Shown piece after piece: positions 22,777 to 30,992 of a stretch of DNA of 62,007 nt (position 1 is its first letter; every line of letters starts with the position of its first letter). The stretch lies in the NCBI GenBank assembly GCA_902573115.1, contig CACGIM010000003.1:1-62007 (forward strand). The letters are read 5' to 3'. This DNA is from an uncultured Candidatus Poseidoniales archaeon (GTDB taxonomy: Archaea; Thermoplasmatota; Poseidoniia; Poseidoniales; Thalassarchaeaceae). Both the position numbers and the translations under genes were made by a program. The notes beneath the pieces were generated by a model that saw only the letters and a program-made list of their open reading frames with translations, made no database searches and was not told the DNA's origin.

Positions 22777-23649
22777 TCAATGCGGCTCCGCAATACCTTG
22801 TACCCAAACAATGAACAAGTGGGCAAGAATTAATGTGGTTACAATCAACGGAAGGACAAACACATGAAGGAAGTACATCCTAACTACCGTCTGCCCTGTT
22901 AGCGTAGTGCCCCCGAACATTGCGTTCGCGACCCATTCGCCAATAAGTGGTGTAGCCATCGCCATGTTGATTCCTATGGTCGCAGCACCGAAAGCTAAGC
23001 TATCCCATGGCAAAAGGTAGCCGGAATAACCAAAGAAAATCGTGAAGAACATGAGTGCAACCCCAATTAGCCAGTTGAGCTCTCGAGGGTTCCTGTATGC
23101 TCCAGTGAAGTAAACCCTGCACATGTGCAAGAATACTGCTGCTACCATGAAATGTGTTGTCCAGTGGTGAATGGATCTTATGATGTATCCGAAAGGAAGC
23201 TCTAGCATGATAAATTCCATCGAGGCATAGGCAGGGGTTGGGTCCGAATCTAGGTCTCCTCCTGGCACGTAGTAAAAGCCCAGTATGGTGCCAGTGATTA
23301 CCAGGATGATAAATGCCAGGAAGGAAATTCCCCCTAAACAGTATAGGGGGTACCAGTACCAGATTATCCTGAGTTTGTATTTCTCCGCATGGGTAAGCGG
23401 CATCTGCCGGTGCATACTACTGTACGAATCCCTGGTCATCCCCCAGTAATCCTGAATCCTGAACCTAGTATCCAACCAGGAAAACGCCCAAAGGAAAGTT
23501 TTCTCAGCCAGCCCCATGCTTCCTGCATTTGTCTCTACCGCCCTGAGTATGTCTTTTCTAGGGAGGTCATCCCTCTCCCTCCTGAGTGTGAAAGCCACAA
23601 TTACAACCACGATGGCTATGAATATCCAGAGGAACCAGAATTGAATCAT
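22777..23649 (-). CDS. petB: Cytochrome b6-type N-terminal subunit (PetB)
   Basis: YCLGGISF, RSIHHWTTHFMVAAVFLH, GAYRNPRELNW, GYLLPWD, LH-x14-H. Confidence 0.95.
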   Translation of the reverse strand: MIQFWFLWIFIAIVVVIVAFTLRRERDDLPRKDILRAVETNAGSMGLAEKTFLWAFSWLDTRFRIQDYWGMTRDSYSSMHRQMPLTHAEKYKLRIIWYWYPLYCLGGISFLAFIILVITGTILGFYYVPGGDLDSDPTPAYASMEFIMLELPFGYIIRSIHHWTTHFMVAAVFLHMCRVYFTGAYRNPRELNWLIGVALMFFTIFFGYSGYLLPWDSLAFGAATIGINMAMATPLIGEWVANAMFGGTTLTGQTVVRMYFLHVFVLPLIVTTLILAHLFIVWVQGIAEPH

Positions 23650-23659
23650 ATTTCATCAC

Positions 23660-24508
23660 CTACCCGCAGAATGTGTACCAATCGAGAAAATCTGGAAGAG
23701 CCTCTATGGTGTCTCCATTAACAGTAAACGGAATCAGCGGCATGCCATAAGGTGCTGGGCCTCCGGTTTTCTTTACTCCAATGAAATCAAACTCCTGGCC
23801 GTTAGACCTGTTCCTTGCCGTGTTTTTCTCTATTACGGTATGATCGTATCTACTCGAATGGCATATGCAGAAGGACTTTTGTCCCCCGCTATCTGTCCCA
23901 CCGGGTAGCCAATTATCGTTTGTAAAGTCGTTCTGGACAAGTTGCCACCCCGGAATGCAGCAAAGGTGTGGGCACCTGGCGAAGACGATAACCATGTTAT
24001 CATGTATGTTTAGAGAGGCGTACTCTTCCTTTTCCTCTATCTCAAACCCAGATCCGACATAAGCCCCTCCAGCAGTGTAGCCGTCCATCATCTGAAACCT
24101 AGGCTCGTTCTCTGATAGAGGCTTGTTTTTATTTTCCTCATGAGGAACATAAGTTGCGATTATTGGAAGACCCGACCAAAGACCTGCAGCACCGGCCATG
24201 CCAGTGGGGGAGCTTGCTGCCTCATCCCTGAAAGCCTGCATCGTCATAGGCTGTTTATCCATGCTGCTATACCACACATCAGAACCCTTGGGGACGTAGA
24301 ACTTAATGGATGAATCGGAAGATCCTCCGCTAGACTGCCCCATCAGGAATGAAGCGAATCCAACACTACCGAGAGCACCTAGTGTGATGAGTCCCGCGGC
24401 CGTATTGAATGACAGACGCATAAACGCCCTTCTGTCAATTGCCCCGTTCTTTTCGCTACGAGATTGGCTTTTCGATTCCAGAGGCCTCAGTTTGAAATTT
24501 CTAGACAT
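23660..24508 (-). CDS. Rieske [2Fe-2S] protein with Tat signal anchor
   Basis: DRRAFMR twin-arginine motif, TM helix, CPHLCC and CICHSS boxes, GGPAP. Start at ATG 24508. Confidence 0.93.
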   Translation of the reverse strand: MSRNFKLRPLESKSQSRSEKNGAIDRRAFMRLSFNTAAGLITLGALGSVGFASFLMGQSSGGSSDSSIKFYVPKGSDVWYSSMDKQPMTMQAFRDEAASSPTGMAGAAGLWSGLPIIATYVPHEENKNKPLSENEPRFQMMDGYTAGGAYVGSGFEIEEKEEYASLNIHDNMVIVFARCPHLCCIPGWQLVQNDFTNDNWLPGGTDSGGQKSFCICHSSRYDHTVIEKNTARNRSNGQEFDFIGVKKTGGPAPYGMPLIPFTVNGDTIEALPDFLDWYTFCG

Positions 24509-24510
24509 GA

Positions 24511-24960
24511 TCACACCTCGTATTTCTTCCACGACTCCGTATCGTGACTAGGGATGTACTTGCTCCTGCGGTATTTAACTACCAGTACATCCGGTAATAC
24601 CCACTTCAAATACACGATTCCCATAATTATCAGTGTCAAGAGTGTCATTGCTAGGTTGAAAGAAAGTAATTGCTGGTCCCATTTATTGTATAGTCCATAT
24701 GATAGCGCTCCAGCCCAATACAAAGTCCACAGTATTCCCCAAAGGCCGACTAGCACAATTAGCCATGAGTCTCCCGAGGGAGACACAGTTGCCCGAACCA
24801 CGGTTCCAGGCTTAGGTTCGTTGAAGACACCATGGTCTACGGCTGCTACGAAGTCCTCCTCAGTCAGCTCAGCATCTTCCAAGGCCTTTCTTGCGTCTTC
24901 AACACTAACATCACCTGATTTAACCTTCCTAAGAAGGTCCATCACTGAATCCTCCTTCAT
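24511..24960 (-). CDS. 2-TM membrane protein in the Rieske/cytb operon
   Basis: Two hydrophobic helices; abuts the Rieske gene and overlaps the upstream gene. Confidence 0.7.
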   Translation of the reverse strand: MKEDSVMDLLRKVKSGDVSVEDARKALEDAELTEEDFVAAVDHGVFNEPKPGTVVRATVSPSGDSWLIVLVGLWGILWTLYWAGALSYGLYNKWDQQLLSFNLAMTLLTLIIMGIVYLKWVLPDVLVVKYRRSKYIPSHDTESWKKYEV

Positions 24961-25760
24961 ATTTGATCGCCCCTCCTTAGATGCTTTATTCTTAGCCTGA
25001 GCAGGTTACTCCTGCCGGTGTAATGTCTGGAGAAGCCATACCTGAGGAACAGACCGCAGAAAAGGATCACAAGTATCACTGCCGCGAAACCAAGCAATCC
25101 GAGCCAATGTGCTTTCAGCTTGGCACCCATGTGGTGCAGGTCTGTGTGTTCTTCGACAGGAGCAGGGGGGTTTATGTCTCCATTTCCAGAGAAGACTGTT
25201 TTTGTCCTTCCATTGTCTTCCCCCTCATCTATGCTAGTAGTTAGCCTATTCCACCTATCTAGGTTGGATGGTGCCAAATCCCCATTCACCGAATTCCCTG
25301 CAATTGCGAAAATAACCGTTCCCGTGCCCTCCCCCGGGCTGGTCCAGATGAATGTCCATGCTCTGTCGTTTGTCCTGGAACCTGCATCTGTGTGAGTAAG
25401 ACTTGATTCGTCTTCCTCCCAATTCTGTACAAGGTCCCCCGAGTCTTCAGACGAGCCCAATATCCCTGATGTCACCGTCATTGCGAAGCCTCCTGTATGG
25501 CTATCCATGTCTATTTCAGGACCACCTATCAATTGTAGCTTCATCTCATACTGAGTGTCCGGTGTGTAGTGGAACGGAACACCATCCAATATTACGGTCA
25601 CAGAATTGTCTGGGTCTTCAGCGTGGCAAGTGCATCCTGCTAATGATACATCTCCTTGCCCATTAGCATCTCCACCCACCCCTCCTGGGTATGCTTGACC
25701 CGTTCCGGCTATGAAAACCAAAATGAAAATTATAGCTAACGCTTTCTGGATTGTGGTCAT
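24957..25760 (-). CDS. Exported Reeler-like (choice-of-anchor V-like) protein with CxCH motif and C-terminal TM
   Basis: Signal peptide; AYPGG...AGCTCH; YTPDTQY, GGF, WTFIWTSP...GTVIFAIAGNSVNGD; HHMG...TM helix. Confidence 0.6.
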   Translation of the reverse strand: MTTIQKALAIIFILVFIAGTGQAYPGGVGGDANGQGDVSLAGCTCHAEDPDNSVTVILDGVPFHYTPDTQYEMKLQLIGGPEIDMDSHTGGFAMTVTSGILGSSEDSGDLVQNWEEDESSLTHTDAGSRTNDRAWTFIWTSPGEGTGTVIFAIAGNSVNGDLAPSNLDRWNRLTTSIDEGEDNGRTKTVFSGNGDINPPAPVEEHTDLHHMGAKLKAHWLGLLGFAAVILVILFCGLFLRYGFSRHYTGRSNLLRLRIKHLRRGDQI

Positions 25761-25838
25761 AGTTGTATCACCCGTCACTCAATCCAGCAATCGCTAGATG
25801 GCATTACCATCTGAAGGGGGGATATTAACGTTCCACTC

Positions 25839-25855
25839 CGGCCCCTTCGGGGCCG
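25839..25855 (+). other. GC-rich cUUCGg tetraloop hairpin in the divergent intergenic region
   Basis: cggcccc-ttcg-gggccg (one bulged C). Confidence 0.4.
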
Positions 25856-25909
25856 ATATTTGAGACGTGAATCGGAAAATCTCAAACACCACGTACTACA
25901 AGCATTGCC

Positions 25910-26215
25910 ATGAGCGCACCAAGGTGGAAGAACCTCTACAAATTGACCGAGCAACAAATAACAAGTTTGGGAGATGCTGAGGACAAAATGGAGCGTATGC
26001 AGATTACCGAAGCCGAAGAAATACTAGAAAAAATGATCCAAAAGGACAAGAATTGCATACCCGTACTCAATACCTTGGGACATCTAAATGGAAGGTATTT
26101 GTCGGATTTTGAAAAGGCGATAGGATATTATGAGATGGTATTGAAGTTAGAGCCGGATAACTCTTGGGCAAGAGACGAAAGAAGAAGATACAGACGTTAT
26201 GTCACTTATGATTAA
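25910..26215 (+). CDS. Small TPR-repeat protein
   Basis: VLNTLGHL...AIGYYEMVLKLEPDNSWA TPR pattern. Confidence 0.75.
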   Translation: MSAPRWKNLYKLTEQQITSLGDAEDKMERMQITEAEEILEKMIQKDKNCIPVLNTLGHLNGRYLSDFEKAIGYYEMVLKLEPDNSWARDERRRYRRYVTYD

Positions 26216-26250
26216 GACAAAATAATCTAGCTTGACCATATTCGAGGATC

Positions 26251-27156
26251 ATGGAGCAGGGGGCGATTCTGATCGTGGGTGTCGGAGGCATAGGCTGCGG
26301 TTGGTCATCTAGGGCCCACATAAGATGCTCCAAACTCTCCGATTTACTGCTGATAGATGCAGATGAGTCTTCTTTTGAGCTGAGCCACTCCGCACATTGT
26401 CTGCACCTAGATGCTTCGGGTAGGGGAAAGGGCGCAGCGGCACTCCCAAATTTGGCAGCCCATAGGTTAAACGAAGGCATCTCAAACATATCACCACTGT
26501 TGGAAAGTTCGGAGCTAGTCATTTTACTTACAGCTCTTGGCGGTGGTACTGGTTCTGGAGCGGCAGCAGAAATTGCTTCCAGAGCCAAAGATTCTGGTAG
26601 CCTGGTGATTAGCATTGTAGGTGAACCCTTTGCAGAGCAACCTCTCAGGCGCGCAATATCGGACATAGCGCTGCCCAAGATAGAGCAAAACTCTGATCTT
26701 ACCATCAGGGTGAGTCTTGAAAGATTAGCTTGGCAAGCGAGATATAGAGATTCTGATTGGAAACTAGGTTCAGAATGGATTGGTGAATTAATCGAAGGTC
26801 TTGTGATGACGCTTGCCAAAGTAGGAAAAATGAATCTTGATTTGATGGACCTCAGAACGATTGTAAACAGACCTGGAAATGCAACTTTGATAGTCGGCAA
26901 CGGATCAGCAGAAAATCCAGAGGAAATCGTTAACATTGCGAGGAAGTCACCACTCTCAGAGATTTCAGCTGATGGAGCGAAAGGATGCCTTATACAGGTC
27001 GAAGGTGGTCCCGACATGACACTAGCACACCTGAATTTGGTTTCTGAGGCCTTTGTCTCCACCTTAGATCCTGATTGCCAGGTAATTCTTGGTGCTAGGG
27101 CAAGCGACGATATGGCAGGAAGGCTAAGGCTGGTAGCCGTAGTTAGCGGGCTCTAA
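26251..27156 (+). CDS. ftsZ: Divergent FtsZ/tubulin-family protein
   Basis: IVGVGGIG, ALGGGTGSG signature, PFAEQ...RR, NLDLMD (T7-loop-like), ILGA...RLRLVAVVSGL. Confidence 0.82.
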   Translation: MEQGAILIVGVGGIGCGWSSRAHIRCSKLSDLLLIDADESSFELSHSAHCLHLDASGRGKGAAALPNLAAHRLNEGISNISPLLESSELVILLTALGGGTGSGAAAEIASRAKDSGSLVISIVGEPFAEQPLRRAISDIALPKIEQNSDLTIRVSLERLAWQARYRDSDWKLGSEWIGELIEGLVMTLAKVGKMNLDLMDLRTIVNRPGNATLIVGNGSAENPEEIVNIARKSPLSEISADGAKGCLIQVEGGPDMTLAHLNLVSEAFVSTLDPDCQVILGARASDDMAGRLRLVAVVSGL

Positions 27157-28427
27157 TCCAGCAATTCTACCTCTAGGTCTGATTCCTGCGATGTATTTTC
27201 TTGGGCATTATTTTTCTTTATTTCCATATCTGAGATTTTCCTTGAATCATTGTTTTCTGAAAAAGTATGCTCAGATTGTTCATTGACCCGGCCAACAAAG
27301 CCAACATATCCTATTGTGATAGGAAGTAAAACTACAGCTGACAGGCCCGTTATTAGGTGCCCAAGAGCCGTAATTGTGACGAGGTCTAAAACCCCGTCGC
27401 TCAGAGAAGACAGAGACGCAATGCTCCCTCCGTAGGCATATCCGAAACAAATTCCCCAATATACGGCGGACTGACCTTGAAAGATACCCCAACCCTTGTC
27501 CCTGCCTTTGTTGGAAATTGTCCATACCGCGAGCAATATTGTTATCGCCATTAATACGCCTTCTTCTATCAGGATGGAAGACTGACTAGGTGCCTGTGTG
27601 AACGGATTTCTCCTCCATGCACTGAATAAATGCCAACAACAGGTTAAGATCACAATCATCATGAATCCATCTGCCGCTCTCCCATCGATGAGCTCTCTAT
27701 TTCTTTTGACGGAAGTAATCATGTCAAGGAATACCACGATTAGCCCCAAGAAAACTAGGAAAACCAATTGCAGCATGAGGTTTAGTAAAGTTCCCTCATA
27801 ACCATAGAATTCAAACCCTTTGACAGAATCCTGAGAAGTGTAGCTCATCCACCAGATCAGTGGGCTAAACAACAAAACAATGGATGCAACTCTTAAGCCA
27901 ACATACCATTTACCTGATCTACTGGAACGCACGGTCAGCTGACGTCGATTAGAATATCGGATTCCACCGTATACTATGGATACTGCTTGGCCAAAGGACA
28001 TCATCAGGAAAAGAGAGCCCATAAACAGAATAACACTACTGTTGTACTCTCCTAGATTGATGTATAATGCGATCATGACAGAAATGCATATTGCTGAAAT
28101 TATGATCATGACCCTAGCACTCTTCTTCCAGTACCCTGAATTGAATATGCCACCACTATCATGCTCGACATTTAGCAGGAACTGTCCAATTCTGGTCGGG
28201 TTAATAATTGCTGCAATAACATACGTAATAGACAGAGAAAGGAATACCAAGCTGCCGGTTTCATTAATGCCAAACAATTGAATCTTCATCATCAGATACA
28301 GGAAACTAGATACTAAAATCATCGAAATAAAGTGGGGAAATGTTGACGGATCCGTGAAGGACTCCAATAGCCCGCCATCCTCAGATAACCTCTCAGACTC
28401 ATGCTCCATAATATCCGGAGACCCCAC
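27153..28427 (-). CDS. Polytopic membrane protein, unknown function
   Basis: About 11 hydrophobic segments in 424 aa. Confidence 0.7.
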   Translation of the reverse strand: MGSPDIMEHESERLSEDGGLLESFTDPSTFPHFISMILVSSFLYLMMKIQLFGINETGSLVFLSLSITYVIAAIINPTRIGQFLLNVEHDSGGIFNSGYWKKSARVMIIISAICISVMIALYINLGEYNSSVILFMGSLFLMMSFGQAVSIVYGGIRYSNRRQLTVRSSRSGKWYVGLRVASIVLLFSPLIWWMSYTSQDSVKGFEFYGYEGTLLNLMLQLVFLVFLGLIVVFLDMITSVKRNRELIDGRAADGFMMIVILTCCWHLFSAWRRNPFTQAPSQSSILIEEGVLMAITILLAVWTISNKGRDKGWGIFQGQSAVYWGICFGYAYGGSIASLSSLSDGVLDLVTITALGHLITGLSAVVLLPITIGYVGFVGRVNEQSEHTFSENNDSRKISDMEIKKNNAQENTSQESDLEVELLD

Positions 28428-28458
28428 TCTTGGTTAAGGTAAACCCCTTCGCGTAAGC

Positions 28459-28743
28459 ATGGCCCGTCTGAATAAGTCCGCTAGGGGGAAACACCGATGG
28501 ATTGGAATAACCTCAGACAGAGAAATTTCCAGATCGAAATTAAATGACTCGCTTTCTCCCATTTTAGGCACAATAAACTGGAGAATCTATGACGTAGAAA
28601 ATCGGGAAGGAACAACAATTTTCATTTTGCGGGTATCCCTTGATGAATACCAAAATACAATTTCCAAAATTAACTCCTCTAGCTCACTAACTACTCTCAC
28701 CAGCTCAGGTAAAATTCGGCTTGTTAGAGAAAGGATCATTTGA
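28459..28743 (+). CDS. Rpp14/Pop5-family RNase P protein
   Basis: KHRWIG...ILRV...TSSGKIRLVRER matches the Pop5 pattern. Confidence 0.72.
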   Translation: MARLNKSARGKHRWIGITSDREISRSKLNDSLSPILGTINWRIYDVENREGTTIFILRVSLDEYQNTISKINSSSSLTTLTSSGKIRLVRERII

Positions 28744-28746
28744 ATT

Positions 28747-30075
28747 CTAAAACTCCCATTGAGTTTCATCTAAGTCAGAAATCAAATTAGAACCATTTGG
28801 CCCCATAGCCTCTAACTCCCCGTATTGATTGAGTCCTACGGGCCTAAGAAGAAAACCACTCTTTCTTATTAACAGCCCTCTTGATAGTAGTTTGGAAAGA
28901 CCTATCCAGGACATGCAAATTAATGACTCAGATGAGGGTGATGGCACCATTTGGTTGTCTTCGAAGTAAGAGGAGATCGCACGATCAAGTTTTTTGAAGA
29001 CCTCATCGGCTTGGGCTTCGCCCAGAGTCTCTTCCCAACCAGAACCTAGGATTGGTCCATCCCAAAAGGATTTTTTGTTAGCGCCTATTCCTATTTTGAC
29101 CTCGTCTCCAGAATACTCAATTAACACTCCAGCCATCTTCCTTCCATCCGATGTGACTACGTCATTGGGCCATTTCACCATTGCATCCAAAGCGTTTGAT
29201 ACGATGGTCCCCAAGCTTACCTGCAAAACTCCGGCTGGTATTATCCGAAGAACACTCTCGTCGAGAACCCAAGTTGCGGAAACTCCCCCCTCCTTGGACA
29301 ACCAATGAGACCCCCGGCGTCCTCTGCCGTTTCTCTGGGACTTTGAGTAAACCCTACTCCAGCTGGTCCCCACAATTTTCTTCACCTCATCCATAGTTGA
29401 ATCGCAAGTTTCGACCTCTTTCGCTTCTGCTCCCTGTCCTGTTTTCCAAATAGCGTATACTTCTATTTTCTCATCCCCCATACGTCTGAAATCCAATGAG
29501 CGACAAGACCATCCATTCTCCTCCCAGTCAGAGATCTTGCTCAGACTTTCTGGGGATGTCCTCAATAACAATAGAACCGTAAGCTCGGGCGAAAGAAAAT
29601 CCTGTTCCTCTGAAATATGATTCAGCAATTCTCCACCCCAGCCCAATCCAGGAAGGTCGGATAAAGCAACCTCCCCAATTCCACTGGACCGGTCATTTGC
29701 ATCCGATATTGGGTCAAGGTAGGGAATGTTCCAGACCAATAAATCCGTGTCCCGGGGAATTTTTATTCCATCAAGAATTCCTGAATTTTCCACTCTAACC
29801 CTGTCTGTTAGTCCAAATCTCTTTACATTATCCTTAGTTGCCGAAACGGCGTATGGGTTGACATCGAAAGAGACAACATTCCATCCCAAACTAGCAAGTA
29901 CAATCGAGACGGCTCCCGAACCACATCCTATTTCTACCGCATTTTGTTTAGTCTTTTTGAGCCTGCTAATAACGGAACATAGCAATTCCGTGTCTTCTCT
30001 AGGAGGGTAAACGTTGGGAGGAGCACGAATTTCCCATTCTCCCACCCCTTCTACCTTGAACAATTCTCCACTCAT
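28747..30075 (-). CDS. HemK/PrmC-like methyltransferase fused to biotin-protein ligase
   Basis: VYPPREDTELL, EIGCGSG, NIPY; then SQRNGRGRRGSHW, VKWPND, RKMAGVLIE, GIGAN. Confidence 0.88.
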   Translation of the reverse strand: MSGELFKVEGVGEWEIRAPPNVYPPREDTELLCSVISRLKKTKQNAVEIGCGSGAVSIVLASLGWNVVSFDVNPYAVSATKDNVKRFGLTDRVRVENSGILDGIKIPRDTDLLVWNIPYLDPISDANDRSSGIGEVALSDLPGLGWGGELLNHISEEQDFLSPELTVLLLLRTSPESLSKISDWEENGWSCRSLDFRRMGDEKIEVYAIWKTGQGAEAKEVETCDSTMDEVKKIVGTSWSRVYSKSQRNGRGRRGSHWLSKEGGVSATWVLDESVLRIIPAGVLQVSLGTIVSNALDAMVKWPNDVVTSDGRKMAGVLIEYSGDEVKIGIGANKKSFWDGPILGSGWEETLGEAQADEVFKKLDRAISSYFEDNQMVPSPSSESLICMSWIGLSKLLSRGLLIRKSGFLLRPVGLNQYGELEAMGPNGSNLISDLDETQWEF

Positions 30076-30161
30076 CGAAATTTCAACCTCACAATTACAA
30101 TAATTATACCTTTCTTGGGACAATTAGCTCTCAAAAACATTTATGTCAAAGTCCGCCAAAG

Positions 30162-30268
30162 GGCTAATGCTCCTAGTTCCCCGAGGAGCACCCACCCCTC
30201 TAGCGGAAGCTCGTCATGGGGAACCTTTTTGAACACCCCTAGGGTCGCAGGAAAGCCCAGCATTAGCC
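30162..30268 (+). ncRNA. Candidate structured RNA of unknown class
   Basis: 10-bp terminal helix ggctaatgct/agcattagcc, internal gttcccc/ggggaac, agc-GGAA-gct tetraloop; ends 2 nt before tRNA-Lys. Confidence 0.45.
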
Positions 30269-30270
30269 AT

Positions 30271-30344
30271 GGGCCTGTAGCTTAGTCAGGTAGAGCGCCG
30301 GGCTTTTAACCCGGTGGCCGGGGGTTCGAATCCCCTCAGGCCCG
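30271..30344 (+). tRNA. tRNA-Lys(UUU)
   Basis: Cloverleaf: gggcctg/caggccc acceptor, ccggg-cTTTtaa-type anticodon arm with TTT, ggttcgaatcc T arm; no intron. Confidence 0.95.
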
Positions 30345-30393
30345 CCTGATAGCTTACCAGGCCCTCGCTTTTCTGGATAAGGGGGAAGCAAAA

Positions 30394-30981
30394 GTGGCAG
30401 TCAAAAGCTCGACCAAAAAAAGACTAATCGAACTAGGAATTCCTGAAGATCACGCACACAAACTCGCGGATGATGCCAACTTGGACACCATTAAAAGAAT
30501 GGCAAGAGAACAAGTCGCAAAGAAGGTCGGTGTCGAGGATGGCTCTGCAGAGCTTGACCTTATTATGTCAGTGATTAGCGAACACGTTGGCTCCAGGAAG
30601 AGGACCAAGAGCAATCGCATCACCATATCTAGAAAAGCGCTGTTGGAAGAGGATATTCCCCGAGGAGAATTCAGGTTTAATGTTTTGAATCACGAACTAG
30701 TACCCCATCATGAGTTAGTTCCAATTGAATCCGAGGCCGATATATTGGAACCATGGGACTTGCGGACAGACGATGCATTCGGAACAGATAGACTTGCTAA
30801 GGAATTACTCCCCAAGATTTTGATAACCGACCCTGCTATCCAAGCTATCAAAGAAATGGAAGAGATAGACAATGAAGAGCTTCCAGCAGGTTGGCTCACC
30901 AATAGAGTTGTAAAAATTGAACGATACAGCAGATCTGCGGGAAGTTCTACCGCATATCGACTAATAGTAGAGAGTACCTGA
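30394..30981 (+). CDS. rpoH: RNA polymerase subunit H (Rpo5) with about 95 aa N-terminal extension
   Basis: FNVLNHELVPHHE, LPKILITDPAI, VVKIERYSRSAG...YRLIV; first gene of the rpo operon. Confidence 0.9.
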   Translation: MAVKSSTKKRLIELGIPEDHAHKLADDANLDTIKRMAREQVAKKVGVEDGSAELDLIMSVISEHVGSRKRTKSNRITISRKALLEEDIPRGEFRFNVLNHELVPHHELVPIESEADILEPWDLRTDDAFGTDRLAKELLPKILITDPAIQAIKEMEEIDNEELPAGWLTNRVVKIERYSRSAGSSTAYRLIVEST

Positions 30982-30992
30982 TCGGAGATGTA

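Noticed and set aside
23860-23975. Odd Rieske boxes CPHLCC and CICHSS as novel
   Set aside because: All cluster ligands are intact, and similar extra-Cys boxes occur, as I recall, in haloarchaeal Rieske proteins.
30162-30268. SRP RNA, RNase P RNA or C/D guide identity for the structured element
   Set aside because: Too short; lacks the SRP helix 8 motif, the RNase P CR-I/CR-V motifs and C/D boxes. Kept only as an unknown RNA.
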